Below, in pieces: positions 43,616 through 53,099 of a DNA stretch of 64,000 bases. Positions within the stretch are counted from its first letter, which is position 1, and the number at the start of each line of letters is the position of its first letter. The stretch is from a virus (taxonomy: Duplodnaviria > Heunggongvirae > Uroviricota > Caudoviricetes). The DNA is taken from IMG/VR virus record IMGVR_UViG_2799112923_000002, positions 1 to 64,000 of that record. One strand, given 5' to 3'. The notes below the pieces were generated by a model. That model had not been told where the DNA came from. It made no database searches and saw only the letters and a list, made by a program, of their open reading frames with translations. Both the position numbers and the translations under genes were made by a program.

Positions 43616-43945
43616 ATGACAATAAAATTCTATAAAAAGGAAGACTGTTGGTACTTTCAATATAAAACAGTTGAGTATCGTATTTTATGCGATATAATAT
43701 TAATTGAATTAAGCAAATTATTAGATAAAGATGATGTTATTTATCTAAAAGTTAAATTTTCTGAGCTTCCTAGAGGTCTATCATTGACAAGAATAGGATC
43801 GTCATCATTTTGGCCTACAGGTATGCTTATGAGTTTATTAAGATTGGCAAATGTTCATGTATTAGGAATCGAAATTGGTGAAGAAAATCAAGAGCTACCG
43901 TTTTCTGAAAAGTATATGTACATTAATATTTTAGATATTTTTTAA
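43616..43945 (+). CDS. Hypothetical protein (110 aa; true start downstream of the tRNA)
   Basis: Internal Met of the listed ORF 43568..43945, which otherwise overlaps tRNA-Asn. Confidence 0.4.
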   Translation: MTIKFYKKEDCWYFQYKTVEYRILCDIILIELSKLLDKDDVIYLKVKFSELPRGLSLTRIGSSSFWPTGMLMSLLRLANVHVLGIEIGEENQELPFSEKYMYINILDIF

Positions 43946-44038
43946 AGCTTTAAGTTATCTATAGTTACCTATATAGAGACAGTATGACATGGAGGTAAGC
44001 ATATGATCATACATGGCCCGTTAGCTTTGCGGGTGTGC

Positions 44039-44111
44039 GGATTCTTAGCTCAGTTGGTAGAGCACTTGACTGAAGATCAAGGTGTGCGTAGTTCGATTCT
44101 GCGAGGATCCA
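44039..44111 (+). tRNA. tRNA-Phe (anticodon GAA)
   Basis: ggattct ta gctcagttggtagagc a cttga-ctgaaga-tcaag ... cgtag-ttcgatt-ctgcg aggatcc a. Confidence 0.75.
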
Positions 44112-44114
44112 CAT

Positions 44115-44198
44115 GGGAAGATAACCGGTAATCGGTAGCCGCGTGGACTGTAAATTCACTCCTCAACAGGACTGGGAGTTCGATTCTCTCTCTTCCCA
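44115..44198 (+). tRNA. tRNA-Tyr (anticodon GTA), long variable arm
   Basis: Perfect acceptor gggaaga/tcttccc, anticodon arm gtgga-ctgtaaa-ttcac, extra arm, T-arm gggag-ttcgatt-ctctc. Confidence 0.7.
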
Positions 44199-44203
44199 CA
44201 AAT

Positions 44204-44276
44204 AGTGCGTTAGTGAAGTGGTTATCATCCCTGACTGTCACTCAGGGGCTCACGGGTTCGAGTCCCGTACGCACTG
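44204..44276 (+). tRNA. tRNA-Asp (anticodon GTC)
   Basis: Perfect acceptor agtgcgt/acgcact, anticodon arm cctga-ctgtcac-tcagg, T-arm acggg-ttcgagt-cccgt. Confidence 0.75.
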
Positions 44277-44281
44277 CTTTT

Positions 44282-44367
44282 GGAGAGTTAATTCAGACGG
44301 CTCTGAAGGTAGTCTTGAAAACTATTCGTACGGTGAAACGTATGGGGATCGACACCTCAGCTCTCCG
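44282..44367 (+). tRNA. tRNA-Ser (anticodon TGA), long variable arm, unusual T-loop atcgaca
   Basis: Acceptor ggagagt/gctctcc, anticodon arm tagt-cttgaaa-acta, extra-arm hairpin cgtacg..cgtatg. Confidence 0.55.
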
Positions 44368-44371
44368 CAAT

Positions 44372-44460
44372 GGAAGTATGCCTGAGTGGACGATAGGGGC
44401 AGCCTGCTAAGCTGTTGATCGCGGTAACGTGGTCCGAAGGTCCGAATCCTTCTGCTTCCG
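44372..44460 (+). tRNA. tRNA-Ser (anticodon GCT), long variable arm
   Basis: Acceptor ggaagta/tgcttcc, anticodon arm gcagc-ctgctaa-gctgt, T-arm gaagg-tccgaat-ccttc. Confidence 0.65.
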
Positions 44461-44479
44461 CAATAATTAATTAATACAT

Positions 44480-44746
44480 ATGAAAGGAATAGATTTAATT
44501 AGAGAAGAACGAGAAAAACAAATCGTTAAACATGGATATGATCGTAAACACGATCTTTCTAGAAGAAACAAAGAACTTTTATTTGGTGCACTTTCTTATC
44601 TAAAAGCTGCTATTTATGGTACAGCAATTGGTCGTAAAGATTGGCCATTTGAAGGTATTTATTGGCATCCCGAAGGATATATTGATTGTTTGAAAAAAGC
44701 TGGAGCATTTATTGCTGCAGAACTTGATAGAATAGAAACAGATTAA
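44480..44746 (+). CDS. Hypothetical protein (88 aa)
   Basis: ORF. Confidence 0.45.
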   Translation: MKGIDLIREEREKQIVKHGYDRKHDLSRRNKELLFGALSYLKAAIYGTAIGRKDWPFEGIYWHPEGYIDCLKKAGAFIAAELDRIETD

Positions 44747-44747
44747 T

Positions 44748-45905
44748 ATGAAACAACCAACTAGAACTTTACCACAAGCTCTTAAAGAGTTTCCTAAGTC
44801 TTGGAAAGAAGTTTTCTTTAATAATATACCTGAAAACTTTTATAACCTTCCTTATGAAGAAAAAATAAAGTGTATCGGTAATACGCGACAAACGTACTAC
44901 TGTTCATTTAAAAATAATAAGTTATTTTTTGGTTTAAAGTCAATAATTATTAAAAGGATTGGAAGAAAGTTTTATCCTGAACATTCTTGGACTAATACAA
45001 TTGTTATAGAAAATAATAAAATCGAAACTTCAAAATTAGACCATAATGGTGTGAAAAGATTTCTTTCTATTGTTGGATTAAATTTACCATTTTTATCAGA
45101 TAAAAATCTTTCTGCAAAACTATTAAGTTTCATTACAAGGTCTTATGTAATAGCGGACATTTTACGAAAGAAGGTTTATAGCGAAGAAACACTTTGTAGA
45201 TGTATTCTATCTAAGGGTTACCATTTAAAAGGTTTTGATTGGAAACTGTTTTACAAATATATAGAATGTGAGTCAAGTGATTTTATAAGTATTTTCGATT
45301 TAAAAGATTTTACAAAAGATTTAGCAAAAAGTATGCAAACTCTAATAAATCGAAATCCTTATATTTATGATAATACATATAGCGATTTGTTAAAATGTGC
45401 TGTAAAGTTAAATGAAATTGTAGACTTTACATGGTCTGAAAAAAGAATTCAGATAGAGCACCAAAGACAAATTACTGAATTAAATCGCATAGAAATCGAT
45501 AAAAAAGAACAAGTTCCTATATATGATGTATGTTTAGATGAACCAAACATTCATATGTTAAATACTGAAAAAGAAGTATTTATTGAAGGTACAAGTATGC
45601 ATCATTGTTTATACAATTGCTATTGGAACAAAATTCAAAGTAAGAATCATATTGCATTTCATATGACTAAACCAGAAGTTTGTACATTTAGTTTTGAAAT
45701 CAAAGATGATAAGGTTACATTGAATCAAGCTTTCTTGGCTTATGATAAACGTATTTCTGATTCTACTAGAGAAGTGATACTTGATTTTATGAATCGAAAT
45801 AAATCAGATTTGTATAGGTTATTAACAAATAAAGTATTATGTGAATGGCCTTTTGATGAAGATGATAATAGAGATGTAGTTGAACCAGTACCATTTCCAT
45901 TTTAA
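44748..45905 (+). CDS. Hypothetical protein (385 aa)
   Basis: ORF. Confidence 0.5.
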   Translation: MKQPTRTLPQALKEFPKSWKEVFFNNIPENFYNLPYEEKIKCIGNTRQTYYCSFKNNKLFFGLKSIIIKRIGRKFYPEHSWTNTIVIENNKIETSKLDHNGVKRFLSIVGLNLPFLSDKNLSAKLLSFITRSYVIADILRKKVYSEETLCRCILSKGYHLKGFDWKLFYKYIECESSDFISIFDLKDFTKDLAKSMQTLINRNPYIYDNTYSDLLKCAVKLNEIVDFTWSEKRIQIEHQRQITELNRIEIDKKEQVPIYDVCLDEPNIHMLNTEKEVFIEGTSMHHCLYNCYWNKIQSKNHIAFHMTKPEVCTFSFEIKDDKVTLNQAFLAYDKRISDSTREVILDFMNRNKSDLYRLLTNKVLCEWPFDEDDNRDVVEPVPFPF

Positions 45906-45914
45906 TATTTAGTT

Positions 45915-45990
45915 AGGGTAGTGCGGTAGTTGGTCACCGGCCACATTTGGGATGTGGACATTCACGCAGGTTCGAGTCCTGTCTACCCTA
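45915..45990 (+). tRNA. tRNA-Pro (anticodon TGG)
   Basis: Perfect acceptor agggtag/ctaccct, D-arm cggt-agttggtc-accg, anticodon arm ccaca-tttggga-tgtgg. Confidence 0.7.
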
Positions 45991-46019
45991 CAAGTGACAC
46001 TTACAATAATATTATATCA

Positions 46020-46091
46020 GGTAAATTCGTCTAGTGGTATGGACACAATTTTTTGGTAATTGCAGCACTGGTTCAATTCCAGTATTTACTA
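46020..46091 (+). tRNA. tRNA-Gln (anticodon TTG), Glu-like D-arm
   Basis: ggtaaat tc gtctagtggtatggac a caatt-ttttggt-aattg cagc actgg-ttcaatt-ccagt atttact; motif gacacttacaata 12 nt upstream. Confidence 0.6.
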
Positions 46092-46148
46092 ATACAAGTG
46101 TCATAATATTTATTATTTATTAACCAATCGCTCCGGATTGATAAATAT

Positions 46149-46222
46149 AGAGAGATCATCTAATAGGTTTAGGATACTAGTCTGATACACTGGCAATCCG
46201 AGTTCAAATCTCGGCCTCTCTA
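46149..46222 (+). tRNA. tRNA-Ile (anticodon GAT)
   Basis: Anticodon arm ctagt-ctgatac-actgg, T-arm ccgag-ttcaaat-ctcgg, acceptor agagaga/cctctct (6 of 7 bp). Confidence 0.6.
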
Positions 46223-46382
46223 CAATATGAAAGAATATTTATATAATGAATGGAGGATGAATAATCATCCTAGATATCTTCATTTATTTGAAGAATGGTA
46301 TAAAAATTTAACCGATAATCAAAAATTATATTATCGTACTTATGCAGAAGGAAAGAAAAGTCCTTTTTGTCTTTAAATTATT

Positions 46383-46454
46383 GCCAGCGTAGCTCAGTGG
46401 CAGAGCAGGGGTTTTGTAAACCTCAGGTCGAGATCTCGGTATTCTCCGCTGGCT
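46383..46454 (+). tRNA. tRNA-Thr (anticodon TGT) with the same non-canonical T-arm as tRNA-Asn
   Basis: Perfect acceptor gccagcg/cgctggc, D-arm gctcagtggcagagc, anticodon arm ggggt-tttgtaa-acctc; T-arm gaga-tctcggtat-tctc. Confidence 0.6.
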
Positions 46455-46487
46455 CAAAAAAGATGATTTTTAAATAATATATTAAAT

Positions 46488-46784
46488 ATGGAACATAGGC
46501 CAAAGATAAAATGAAAAAATTTTAAAATATGGTTTAAAGACCAAATAAAAAGAAAAACATGGTTTAAAAATTTCTTTATAACTAGAAATGCCTGGGGAGC
46601 TTTTAGTATTAATTCACATATTAATCAACATACCGGGCAACCTAAGATAACATATAATCACTTAGAAACTGCACTAAAATCTGCAGAAGCAATGAGTAAG
46701 AAACACAATACTCATTTTAGTACATATAAATGTTTATTTTGTGATGGTTATCATATAGGAAAAAATAGAGACAATAAAATATAA
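46488..46784 (+). CDS. Small basic protein (98 aa, one TGA=Trp)
   Basis: Manual translation MEHRPKIKWKNFKIWFKDQIKRKTWFKNFF...CLFCDGYHIGKNRDNKI. Confidence 0.3.
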
Positions 46785-46788
46785 TTTT

Positions 46789-46860
46789 GCAGGATTAGTA
46801 CAACGGTTAGTATGCTAGCCTTCCAAGCTAGATATGTCAGTTCGATTCTGATATCCTGCT
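46789..46860 (+). tRNA. tRNA-Gly (anticodon TCC)
   Basis: Perfect acceptor gcaggat/atcctgc, anticodon arm ctagc-cttccaa-gctag, T-arm gtcag-ttcgatt-ctgat. Confidence 0.7.
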
Positions 46861-46931
46861 CAATTCATATTATAGAAAAGATTACTTTTAATCTAAATAG
46901 CGATGTCGTGAGATATCGCTATTATTTTTAT

Positions 46932-47002
46932 GTCGAGTTAGCAAAGCGGTTATGCACAAGTCTGCAAAACTTGGTACAATGGTTCGATTCCATTACTCGA
47001 CT
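46932..47002 (+). tRNA. tRNA-Cys (anticodon GCA), CCA encoded
   Basis: Perfect acceptor gtcgagt/actcgac, anticodon arm caagt-ctgcaaa-acttg, T-arm aatgg-ttcgatt-ccatt. Confidence 0.7.
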
Positions 47003-47033
47003 CCAACTACAGCATTTTTAAATTAATTAATTT

Positions 47034-48059
47034 ATGAACAAGATTTTAGTTTACACATCTAATCTTACGAGCAAGCCAAAGAGTCTTGCTGACGTAATTG
47101 CATTTGCAAAGGAGAACGATAAGTTTCGTATTTGCAATGTAGGTCTTAACGCTCACCTTGGAAATGTTAAGCCTGGTGATAACATTATTACCGGTAAGGG
47201 TAATTCTATTTATGTAATTAAGGCTTTCGATCAGGAGATTGAGAATCTCTCTGGTGAAGATCGTGATTACATCGATAACCTTACTCGCAACTATGATATC
47301 AAGAAAGTTGGTATCACGAGTGTTTCTTCTGTCATCAAGTATGGTGACTGGTGCAAATTTGCAAAACCGCTTCTTAACGAGGCAAAAAATAATTCAACAA
47401 TGAAAGGTAACAATTCTATTAAGGGTTTCTCCGCCCGTCTGAAGGAGATGTTTATGCCCTCTGAGGCAACGGATGTGCGTATCGCCACCGATGGTAATAT
47501 TTGTGTAGAGACTGCTAATGGCTTTGTCGCCATTGGTGTTAATAACGACCTTGTAGCTTATCCTGAAGAGCTCACTCTTAAGCTGCCTGTGTTTATCGTT
47601 AGCAAGCCTATCGACCAGGTAAAGGTTGGCGACGTTATCGCTCGCGATCGTAGCTATGCTAAGGTCAAGTCGATCGATAAGAATAAGATCGGTGTTGTCA
47701 GCTATACTGGTGCTGGTTCTCAGATCTATCCGATCAAGGACTTCCTGCTTGGTCAGAGCCTTGTTCGCGTTGTAGTATCTCTTGCAGGTTCTATCAACGG
47801 TTCCATCAATCCTATGATTCTCCTCGCTATGAGTGATGGTGACAAGGATTCCATGCTTCCTCTGATGCTTATGAGCCAGAATAATGGTGCTCTTGGTGCC
47901 AATCCTATGCTCATGTATGCTATGATGAAGGACGGTGGTGACATGAAGGATCTTCTTATGATGTCCGCTCTCACTGGAAACAATAACCTGTTCGGAAATC
48001 TCTTTAGTGCTCCTGCTCCGGTAGCTGCAGCACCTGCAGAAGCACCTGTTGAAGGTTAA
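47034..48059 (+). CDS. Hypothetical protein (341 aa) with Met/Gly/Leu-rich C-terminal tail
   Basis: ORF; C-terminal PMILLAMSDGDKDSMLPLMLMSQNNGALGANPMLMYAMMKDGGDMKDLLMM; moderately GC-rich; terminator at 48074-48112. Confidence 0.5.
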   Translation: MNKILVYTSNLTSKPKSLADVIAFAKENDKFRICNVGLNAHLGNVKPGDNIITGKGNSIYVIKAFDQEIENLSGEDRDYIDNLTRNYDIKKVGITSVSSVIKYGDWCKFAKPLLNEAKNNSTMKGNNSIKGFSARLKEMFMPSEATDVRIATDGNICVETANGFVAIGVNNDLVAYPEELTLKLPVFIVSKPIDQVKVGDVIARDRSYAKVKSIDKNKIGVVSYTGAGSQIYPIKDFLLGQSLVRVVVSLAGSINGSINPMILLAMSDGDKDSMLPLMLMSQNNGALGANPMLMYAMMKDGGDMKDLLMMSALTGNNNLFGNLFSAPAPVAAAPAEAPVEG

Positions 48060-48073
48060 TTACGCATAACAAA

Positions 48074-48112
48074 AAAGGGTTCTGGGAAAGCTGTAGTTCT
48101 CAGAACCCTAAT
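48074..48112 (+). terminator. Rho-independent terminator (gggttctg...cagaaccc)
   Basis: 8-bp perfect stem followed by taatttta. Confidence 0.55.
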
Positions 48113-48121
48113 TTTATTATT

Positions 48122-48850
48122 ATGGATCCGCTTTCATTTTTAAATTACGATACAACATATTCTTTTAGAATAAAGGATCATACAAAAAATCTAGAACATC
48201 AAGCGTGCTTTTCATATATTTTTAGTATTGCTGATATTTCTCCAAAAGATTGTGTTCATTATACTATTTGGATTAATAGAGATCCAGAATATGCACAGAA
48301 TTCGAAATCAAATTACTGTTTTTTATCAAAGCAAGAACTTCATAATCATATAAGACTTGTTAAAAAATTATTTGATTTTAATTTTTCAATAGAAAGTAAA
48401 GACGATTCATTTTTAGTTCATATCGATATTTCACAGCCAAAAATTGCACATAAATATTTACTAACTTGGATTAGATATATTTATGAATATCCAATGAATG
48501 TGATGTTTTATGATGTTGATAGATTAAAGAGAGAAGAAAAGTGTTTTAAATTTACATCTAAAGCTAATTTATTCCTTCTTTTATCTTATTTTCGTTGGCC
48601 AGGTTATAGAGATATTCATTGTGTTCCTTCTGGAAAATGTGGTAAGTTTTTGACAAACACACAATTAAAAAACGCTATTTTTAAATCTACACATTTGAAT
48701 AATATTTATAAATCGTATTATTCTATTGATAAGCGTTATACTATACCAGCATGGAAAAATTATGATTATTGTGAAAAAGAAGAGTTGGATCGTACTTATC
48801 AAGAACGATTAGTTCATTATTTAGAATTTTATAACAAAGTTGTCAAATGA
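48122..48850 (+). CDS. Hypothetical protein (242 aa)
   Basis: ORF. Confidence 0.5.
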   Translation: MDPLSFLNYDTTYSFRIKDHTKNLEHQACFSYIFSIADISPKDCVHYTIWINRDPEYAQNSKSNYCFLSKQELHNHIRLVKKLFDFNFSIESKDDSFLVHIDISQPKIAHKYLLTWIRYIYEYPMNVMFYDVDRLKREEKCFKFTSKANLFLLLSYFRWPGYRDIHCVPSGKCGKFLTNTQLKNAIFKSTHLNNIYKSYYSIDKRYTIPAWKNYDYCEKEELDRTYQERLVHYLEFYNKVVK

Positions 48851-49467
48851 TAAAAGTATATGTTGTAGGAAACAGTAAGTATTATGCTAGTTTTCTAACA
48901 AATGTAGAATTAACAGACGATATTACTAAAGCAAAAATTGTATTATTTACTGGAGGAGAAGATGTTGACCCTTCTTTATATGGAAAGAAGAAACATCCTT
49001 CTACATATAGTAATTTGCAAAGAGATCTTTATGAAAAAGAAATCTTTAGTCAAATGCGTAAATCACAATTAGCAGTTGGTATTTGTCGTGGATCTCAATT
49101 TTTGTGTGTAATGAATGGAGGAATTCTTGTTCAGAATTGTACTAATCACGCTTTATTCCATACACATAGAATTTTTAATGCAGATCGAACATTCTTTTAT
49201 GAAATTACTTCTACGCATCATCAAATGCAATATCCATTTGTTCTTCCAAAGACTAGTTATGATATTTTATATCATGCAGAAGAAGGATCTTGTGTAGAAG
49301 GTGATGGTATTTCTTCTGATCCTATCGTTGAAAATGAACCAGAAGTAGTAGTATATCATAGAAAGAATTTACCAAAATGTATTGCTATTCAAGGTCATCC
49401 GGAAATGATTCCTAATAGTCCTGTAGCAAAAATGTTAGATGAACTTATAAAGTCTTATGTACATTGA
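48847..49467 (+). CDS. Class I glutamine amidotransferase-like / gamma-glutamyl hydrolase (peptidase C26) family protein
   Basis: FTGGEDVDPSLYG ... GICRGSQF (nucleophile Cys) ... QGHPE (catalytic His). Confidence 0.6.
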   Translation: MIKVYVVGNSKYYASFLTNVELTDDITKAKIVLFTGGEDVDPSLYGKKKHPSTYSNLQRDLYEKEIFSQMRKSQLAVGICRGSQFLCVMNGGILVQNCTNHALFHTHRIFNADRTFFYEITSTHHQMQYPFVLPKTSYDILYHAEEGSCVEGDGISSDPIVENEPEVVVYHRKNLPKCIAIQGHPEMIPNSPVAKMLDELIKSYVH

Positions 49468-50251
49468 TAATTTTACAATTGGTGCAGACCCTGAATTATT
49501 TATTGTAAATTCTAAAACTGATAAAGTTGTATCTTCTATTGGATTAATTCCTGGTGTGAAAGGCGATCCATATGTAGATAAATGTATGCCATCTGGATTT
49601 GGACTGGAAACAGATAATATTCTTGCAGAATTTAACATTCCGCCTTGTAAAACAAAAGAAAGTTTTGTTACAAGTATAGAGTGGATGAAAAGTTATATTA
49701 GGGATTTTGTTAAAAGAGTAAATCCTGATTATGACATTAAATGTTCTGCTAGTGAATTTGTAGATCCAGATCAACTTCAGAGTGATGAGGCAAAACAATT
49801 TGGATGTTCTGTAGATTATAATGCTTATACACAAGAACCTAATCCAAAGCCTAACGGACAGTCTACAAATCTTAGATCAGCAGGATGTCATATCCATATT
49901 GGATATAACGGATATAATGCAAGAACCTCTGTAAATCTGATTAGATTATTTGATTTGTATGTAGGTGTACCATCCATTCTTATAGATAATGATATTAGAC
50001 GTAGAAATCTCTATGGAAAAGCTGGTGCATTTAGATTAACATCTTATGGTTGTGAAGCGAGAATTTTATCAAGTTATATGATGTCCACACCTCAACTTAT
50101 AAGTTGGATATGGGACCATGTAATGCTTGTCATAGACGCTTATAACGCAGGTAATAGTTGTGCAGATACATCTGCCGTAGTTAAAGCTATTAATGAAAGT
50201 GATAAAGATCTTGCAACACGAATTTGTAGAAAATATAACATTCCTGTATAA
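49457..50251 (+). CDS. Amidoligase (carboxylate-amine ligase, GCS2/YbdK-like fold), copy 1
   Basis: N-terminal FTIGADPELFIV (cf. YbdK FTLGIELE) and GCHIHIGY (cf. GQHVHVG). Confidence 0.5.
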   Translation: MYIDNFTIGADPELFIVNSKTDKVVSSIGLIPGVKGDPYVDKCMPSGFGLETDNILAEFNIPPCKTKESFVTSIEWMKSYIRDFVKRVNPDYDIKCSASEFVDPDQLQSDEAKQFGCSVDYNAYTQEPNPKPNGQSTNLRSAGCHIHIGYNGYNARTSVNLIRLFDLYVGVPSILIDNDIRRRNLYGKAGAFRLTSYGCEARILSSYMMSTPQLISWIWDHVMLVIDAYNAGNSCADTSAVVKAINESDKDLATRICRKYNIPV

Positions 50252-51531
50252 TGTGTGGTATTTTTGGAATCATCAATAGAAAACCTAGTAAGTTTGATTA
50301 TTCTACTTTTTGTACATTAGGTATAGCTAATGATATTAGAGGTGGAGATTCTTGCGGTATTTTTATTGATGGAAAAACTGAATATGGTATTGGTAAAGAA
50401 AAGTTTTTCGAAGATTTTTTCTTACAAAGTGAACTCTTAAACGATACCGAAAGAGCTACAATTGCTTTAGGACATTGTAGAAAAGCTTCTGTTGGAGCTA
50501 TTAATTTGGCTACAGCTCAACCGATTGTAATTCAGGATGAAAACAATAATACAAAATTTGTAGTCATTCATAATGGTACAATTTATAATTATAAAGAATT
50601 AGCTGAGAAGTATATTCCAGATATAGATATTACTGGATTAACCGATAGTCAAGTTATGGCTAGAATATTCTATTATAAAGGATATGATGTTTTATCCGAA
50701 TATAATGGAGGAAGTGTCTTTGTAATTGTAGATTATCGCACAGTTAAACCAAAGGTTTTATTCTTCAAAGGTGTTTCTAAGAAGTATGACACTTCTACAG
50801 AAGCAACAGAAGAAAGACCTCTTTATCTTTGTTTTTCTAAAGATAAATTAGTATTTTCATCAATTTATACATATTTGGCAGCATTATGTCCAGATATGGT
50901 AATTTATACAGGTAATGCTAATTCGTTAGCTCAGTATGAAGATGGAAAATTAATTAAAGTACGTCAATATGATAGGTCTAAGTGTGTACAACAGCGTACT
51001 TATCCTGAAACAAAAAGTACCGGTCTTTATGAAGAATATGCAGGATATTTGTCGTTCGCTCTTAAGAAATTTCGTTACAGTCTTGATGGCGGTAAAAAGA
51101 TTCCTGTTGGCCCATATTTCATAAACGAGTGGGGAGGTACATATAAAAATAAACCTACTTATACTGCTTCAACACAGTATTATTTCTTTCATGGAATTCC
51201 ATTCTTAGATAGAAGTCGTTACGATTATGTATGGGAACATTATACAAAGGCTAAAACATGTATGGAAGATTTTATAGCGGATAATGAAATTTTGATTAGA
51301 TTTCTTAGTTCGAATCCGTTTATATTTAAAGATAATCGTTTATTTACTATAAAAGATCCAGATCATGTAGAACCATATACAGGTAATTTTGTTCCAATAG
51401 GTGGATCTAGAAAGTCAAAGTATAATGAAGGTATATTTGTATGTGAAGTTTATGATTATTCGCGTACAAATTTTAATTATTCCATAAAAGATATTAATCT
51501 TAATTCACTTAATTCATTATGGAAACTATAG
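50251..51531 (+). CDS. Class II (Ntn) glutamine amidotransferase domain protein
   Basis: Starts MCGIFGI with Cys2 nucleophile, then DIRGGDSCGIF, as in PurF/AsnB/GlmS N-terminal domains. Confidence 0.65.
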   Translation: MCGIFGIINRKPSKFDYSTFCTLGIANDIRGGDSCGIFIDGKTEYGIGKEKFFEDFFLQSELLNDTERATIALGHCRKASVGAINLATAQPIVIQDENNNTKFVVIHNGTIYNYKELAEKYIPDIDITGLTDSQVMARIFYYKGYDVLSEYNGGSVFVIVDYRTVKPKVLFFKGVSKKYDTSTEATEERPLYLCFSKDKLVFSSIYTYLAALCPDMVIYTGNANSLAQYEDGKLIKVRQYDRSKCVQQRTYPETKSTGLYEEYAGYLSFALKKFRYSLDGGKKIPVGPYFINEWGGTYKNKPTYTASTQYYFFHGIPFLDRSRYDYVWEHYTKAKTCMEDFIADNEILIRFLSSNPFIFKDNRLFTIKDPDHVEPYTGNFVPIGGSRKSKYNEGIFVCEVYDYSRTNFNYSIKDINLNSLNSLWKL

Positions 51532-52739
51532 ATGGAATTACAGGAAAAGTAATTCATAATCGTGTATTTCGATATATAGCTGAAGTAGTAAATGGGATTT
51601 TAATTTACGGAAATACTAGTAAAGTCGAGGAATTACGTAGTGTTATAGTTGTTGCTGAAGGTAGAAAAACTTCAGCATTTTGTGATCCTAAGTCAGTTAA
51701 AAATATTACATGGAGTCCTTTTCTAGGAGATTATGTTTTAATTGTCGATGATCATTGTCCAGATGCAACACATGTAAAATACGGATTAAATCCTGATTTA
51801 TATCCTTATACATTTCAGAAAAAATATGAAGCTGTACAACATTTTAATTTGTTTAAAGATAAGCAAGTTAAAATAGAAGATTATGATTTTCCAATTGCAA
51901 AGTATGTAACACGTACAATAGGTATTGAGTTTGAAACATCTTTAGGTGCTATTTCTGAAGAAGATTGTTTAAAATATGGACTTATTCCATTAAGAGATGG
52001 ATCTATTAGTGGTGTAGAATATTCAACTGTTATTTTACAAGGTAATTCTGGATTTAATTTACTCAAAAAACAATTAGATTTATTAAGACAGAATACATTC
52101 TTTAATAAAGATTGTTCTTTACATATTCATTTTGGTGATTATCCATTAGATCCAAAATTAATTTATAAACTGCAAGCCTTGTTATATAACATTCAAAATG
52201 AAATTCAATGTTATATTCCAAGATATTCCTTTTATACAGAAAAATATAAGAGTAATGGTAAAGCATATTGTAAACCACTTGCATCTTATAGTAGCTTTTC
52301 TGATTTCTTCGTAGCGTTAACAGGAACTCCGTTCTTAGGAAGTTTTACTCAACCTCATCCAAATGACATTACAAGAGATCATAAATGGAATGTTCCAACT
52401 AGATATTATTGGTGTAATTTCATAAATCTCTTATGTTATAATGTTAACAAAACTGTTGAATTCAGATTTTTGCGTCCGACTTATAATCTTGAGAAGATTT
52501 TAACTTGGATTTACATTCTCAACGGATTTTTGGAATATGCTTCGCGTGGATTAAGAACGCTTCGAGTTGATATTAGAACTGTATTATCTACGGTTTATCC
52601 TAAAGAAGTTTTTGAATTTTTATGTGTACAGTTAGATAAATTAACTTGTCTTAGGGACATGCAATGTCACAATTTAGATTACATTGGTGAGGACATTACT
52701 CTTGAGAACAGATTGTTTGATGATAATAAAATTATTTAA
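51519..52739 (+). CDS. Amidoligase (GCS2-like), copy 2 (406 aa)
   Basis: TIGIEFETSLG ... CSLHIHFGDY signature blocks parallel to 49457..50251. Confidence 0.45.
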   Translation: METIDGITGKVIHNRVFRYIAEVVNGILIYGNTSKVEELRSVIVVAEGRKTSAFCDPKSVKNITWSPFLGDYVLIVDDHCPDATHVKYGLNPDLYPYTFQKKYEAVQHFNLFKDKQVKIEDYDFPIAKYVTRTIGIEFETSLGAISEEDCLKYGLIPLRDGSISGVEYSTVILQGNSGFNLLKKQLDLLRQNTFFNKDCSLHIHFGDYPLDPKLIYKLQALLYNIQNEIQCYIPRYSFYTEKYKSNGKAYCKPLASYSSFSDFFVALTGTPFLGSFTQPHPNDITRDHKWNVPTRYYWCNFINLLCYNVNKTVEFRFLRPTYNLEKILTWIYILNGFLEYASRGLRTLRVDIRTVLSTVYPKEVFEFLCVQLDKLTCLRDMQCHNLDYIGEDITLENRLFDDNKII

Positions 52740-52761
52740 TATGTACTGATTTTGATAATAT

Positions 52762-52809
52762 AGCGCATCGTTTTGGTACTTTAAAAGGTTCGAATCCTTT
52801 GATGCGCTC
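52762..52809 (+). ncRNA. 47-nt tRNA minihelix-like element (7-bp acceptor stem + T-arm, no D or anticodon arms)
   Basis: agcgcat cgttttggtacttt aaagg-ttcgaat-ccttt g atgcgct c. Confidence 0.4.
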
Positions 52810-53099
52810 TAATTAATTTAAATAAATATGAAAAAAATATTATATCTTATCGGATTGTTTTTAGCAGCACTAATTATTGGTGGTTCTGTAATACTTATAA
52901 ATATAAATAATAAGAAAGAACAGAAAAATACTGAGTATTATAATGTAATATATTATAATTATGATGTTTCATTAGAATATCATGATGTAACTGATTTACA
53001 TTATGATACTATAGGTATTTATTTTAAAACACAAGATGGAGCTACCGTCATTTTAAATGGTGGAGCGATTGAAATTATACCATTAGATGTAGATTAAAT

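Noticed and set aside
44213-44410. ORFs overlapping tRNA genes (44213..44410, 46812..47021, 59937..60137, 41263..41466 minus, 31199..31399 minus inside the intron)
   Set aside because: Each sits directly on well-formed tRNA cloverleafs or the group I intron core; the protein sequences are low-complexity.
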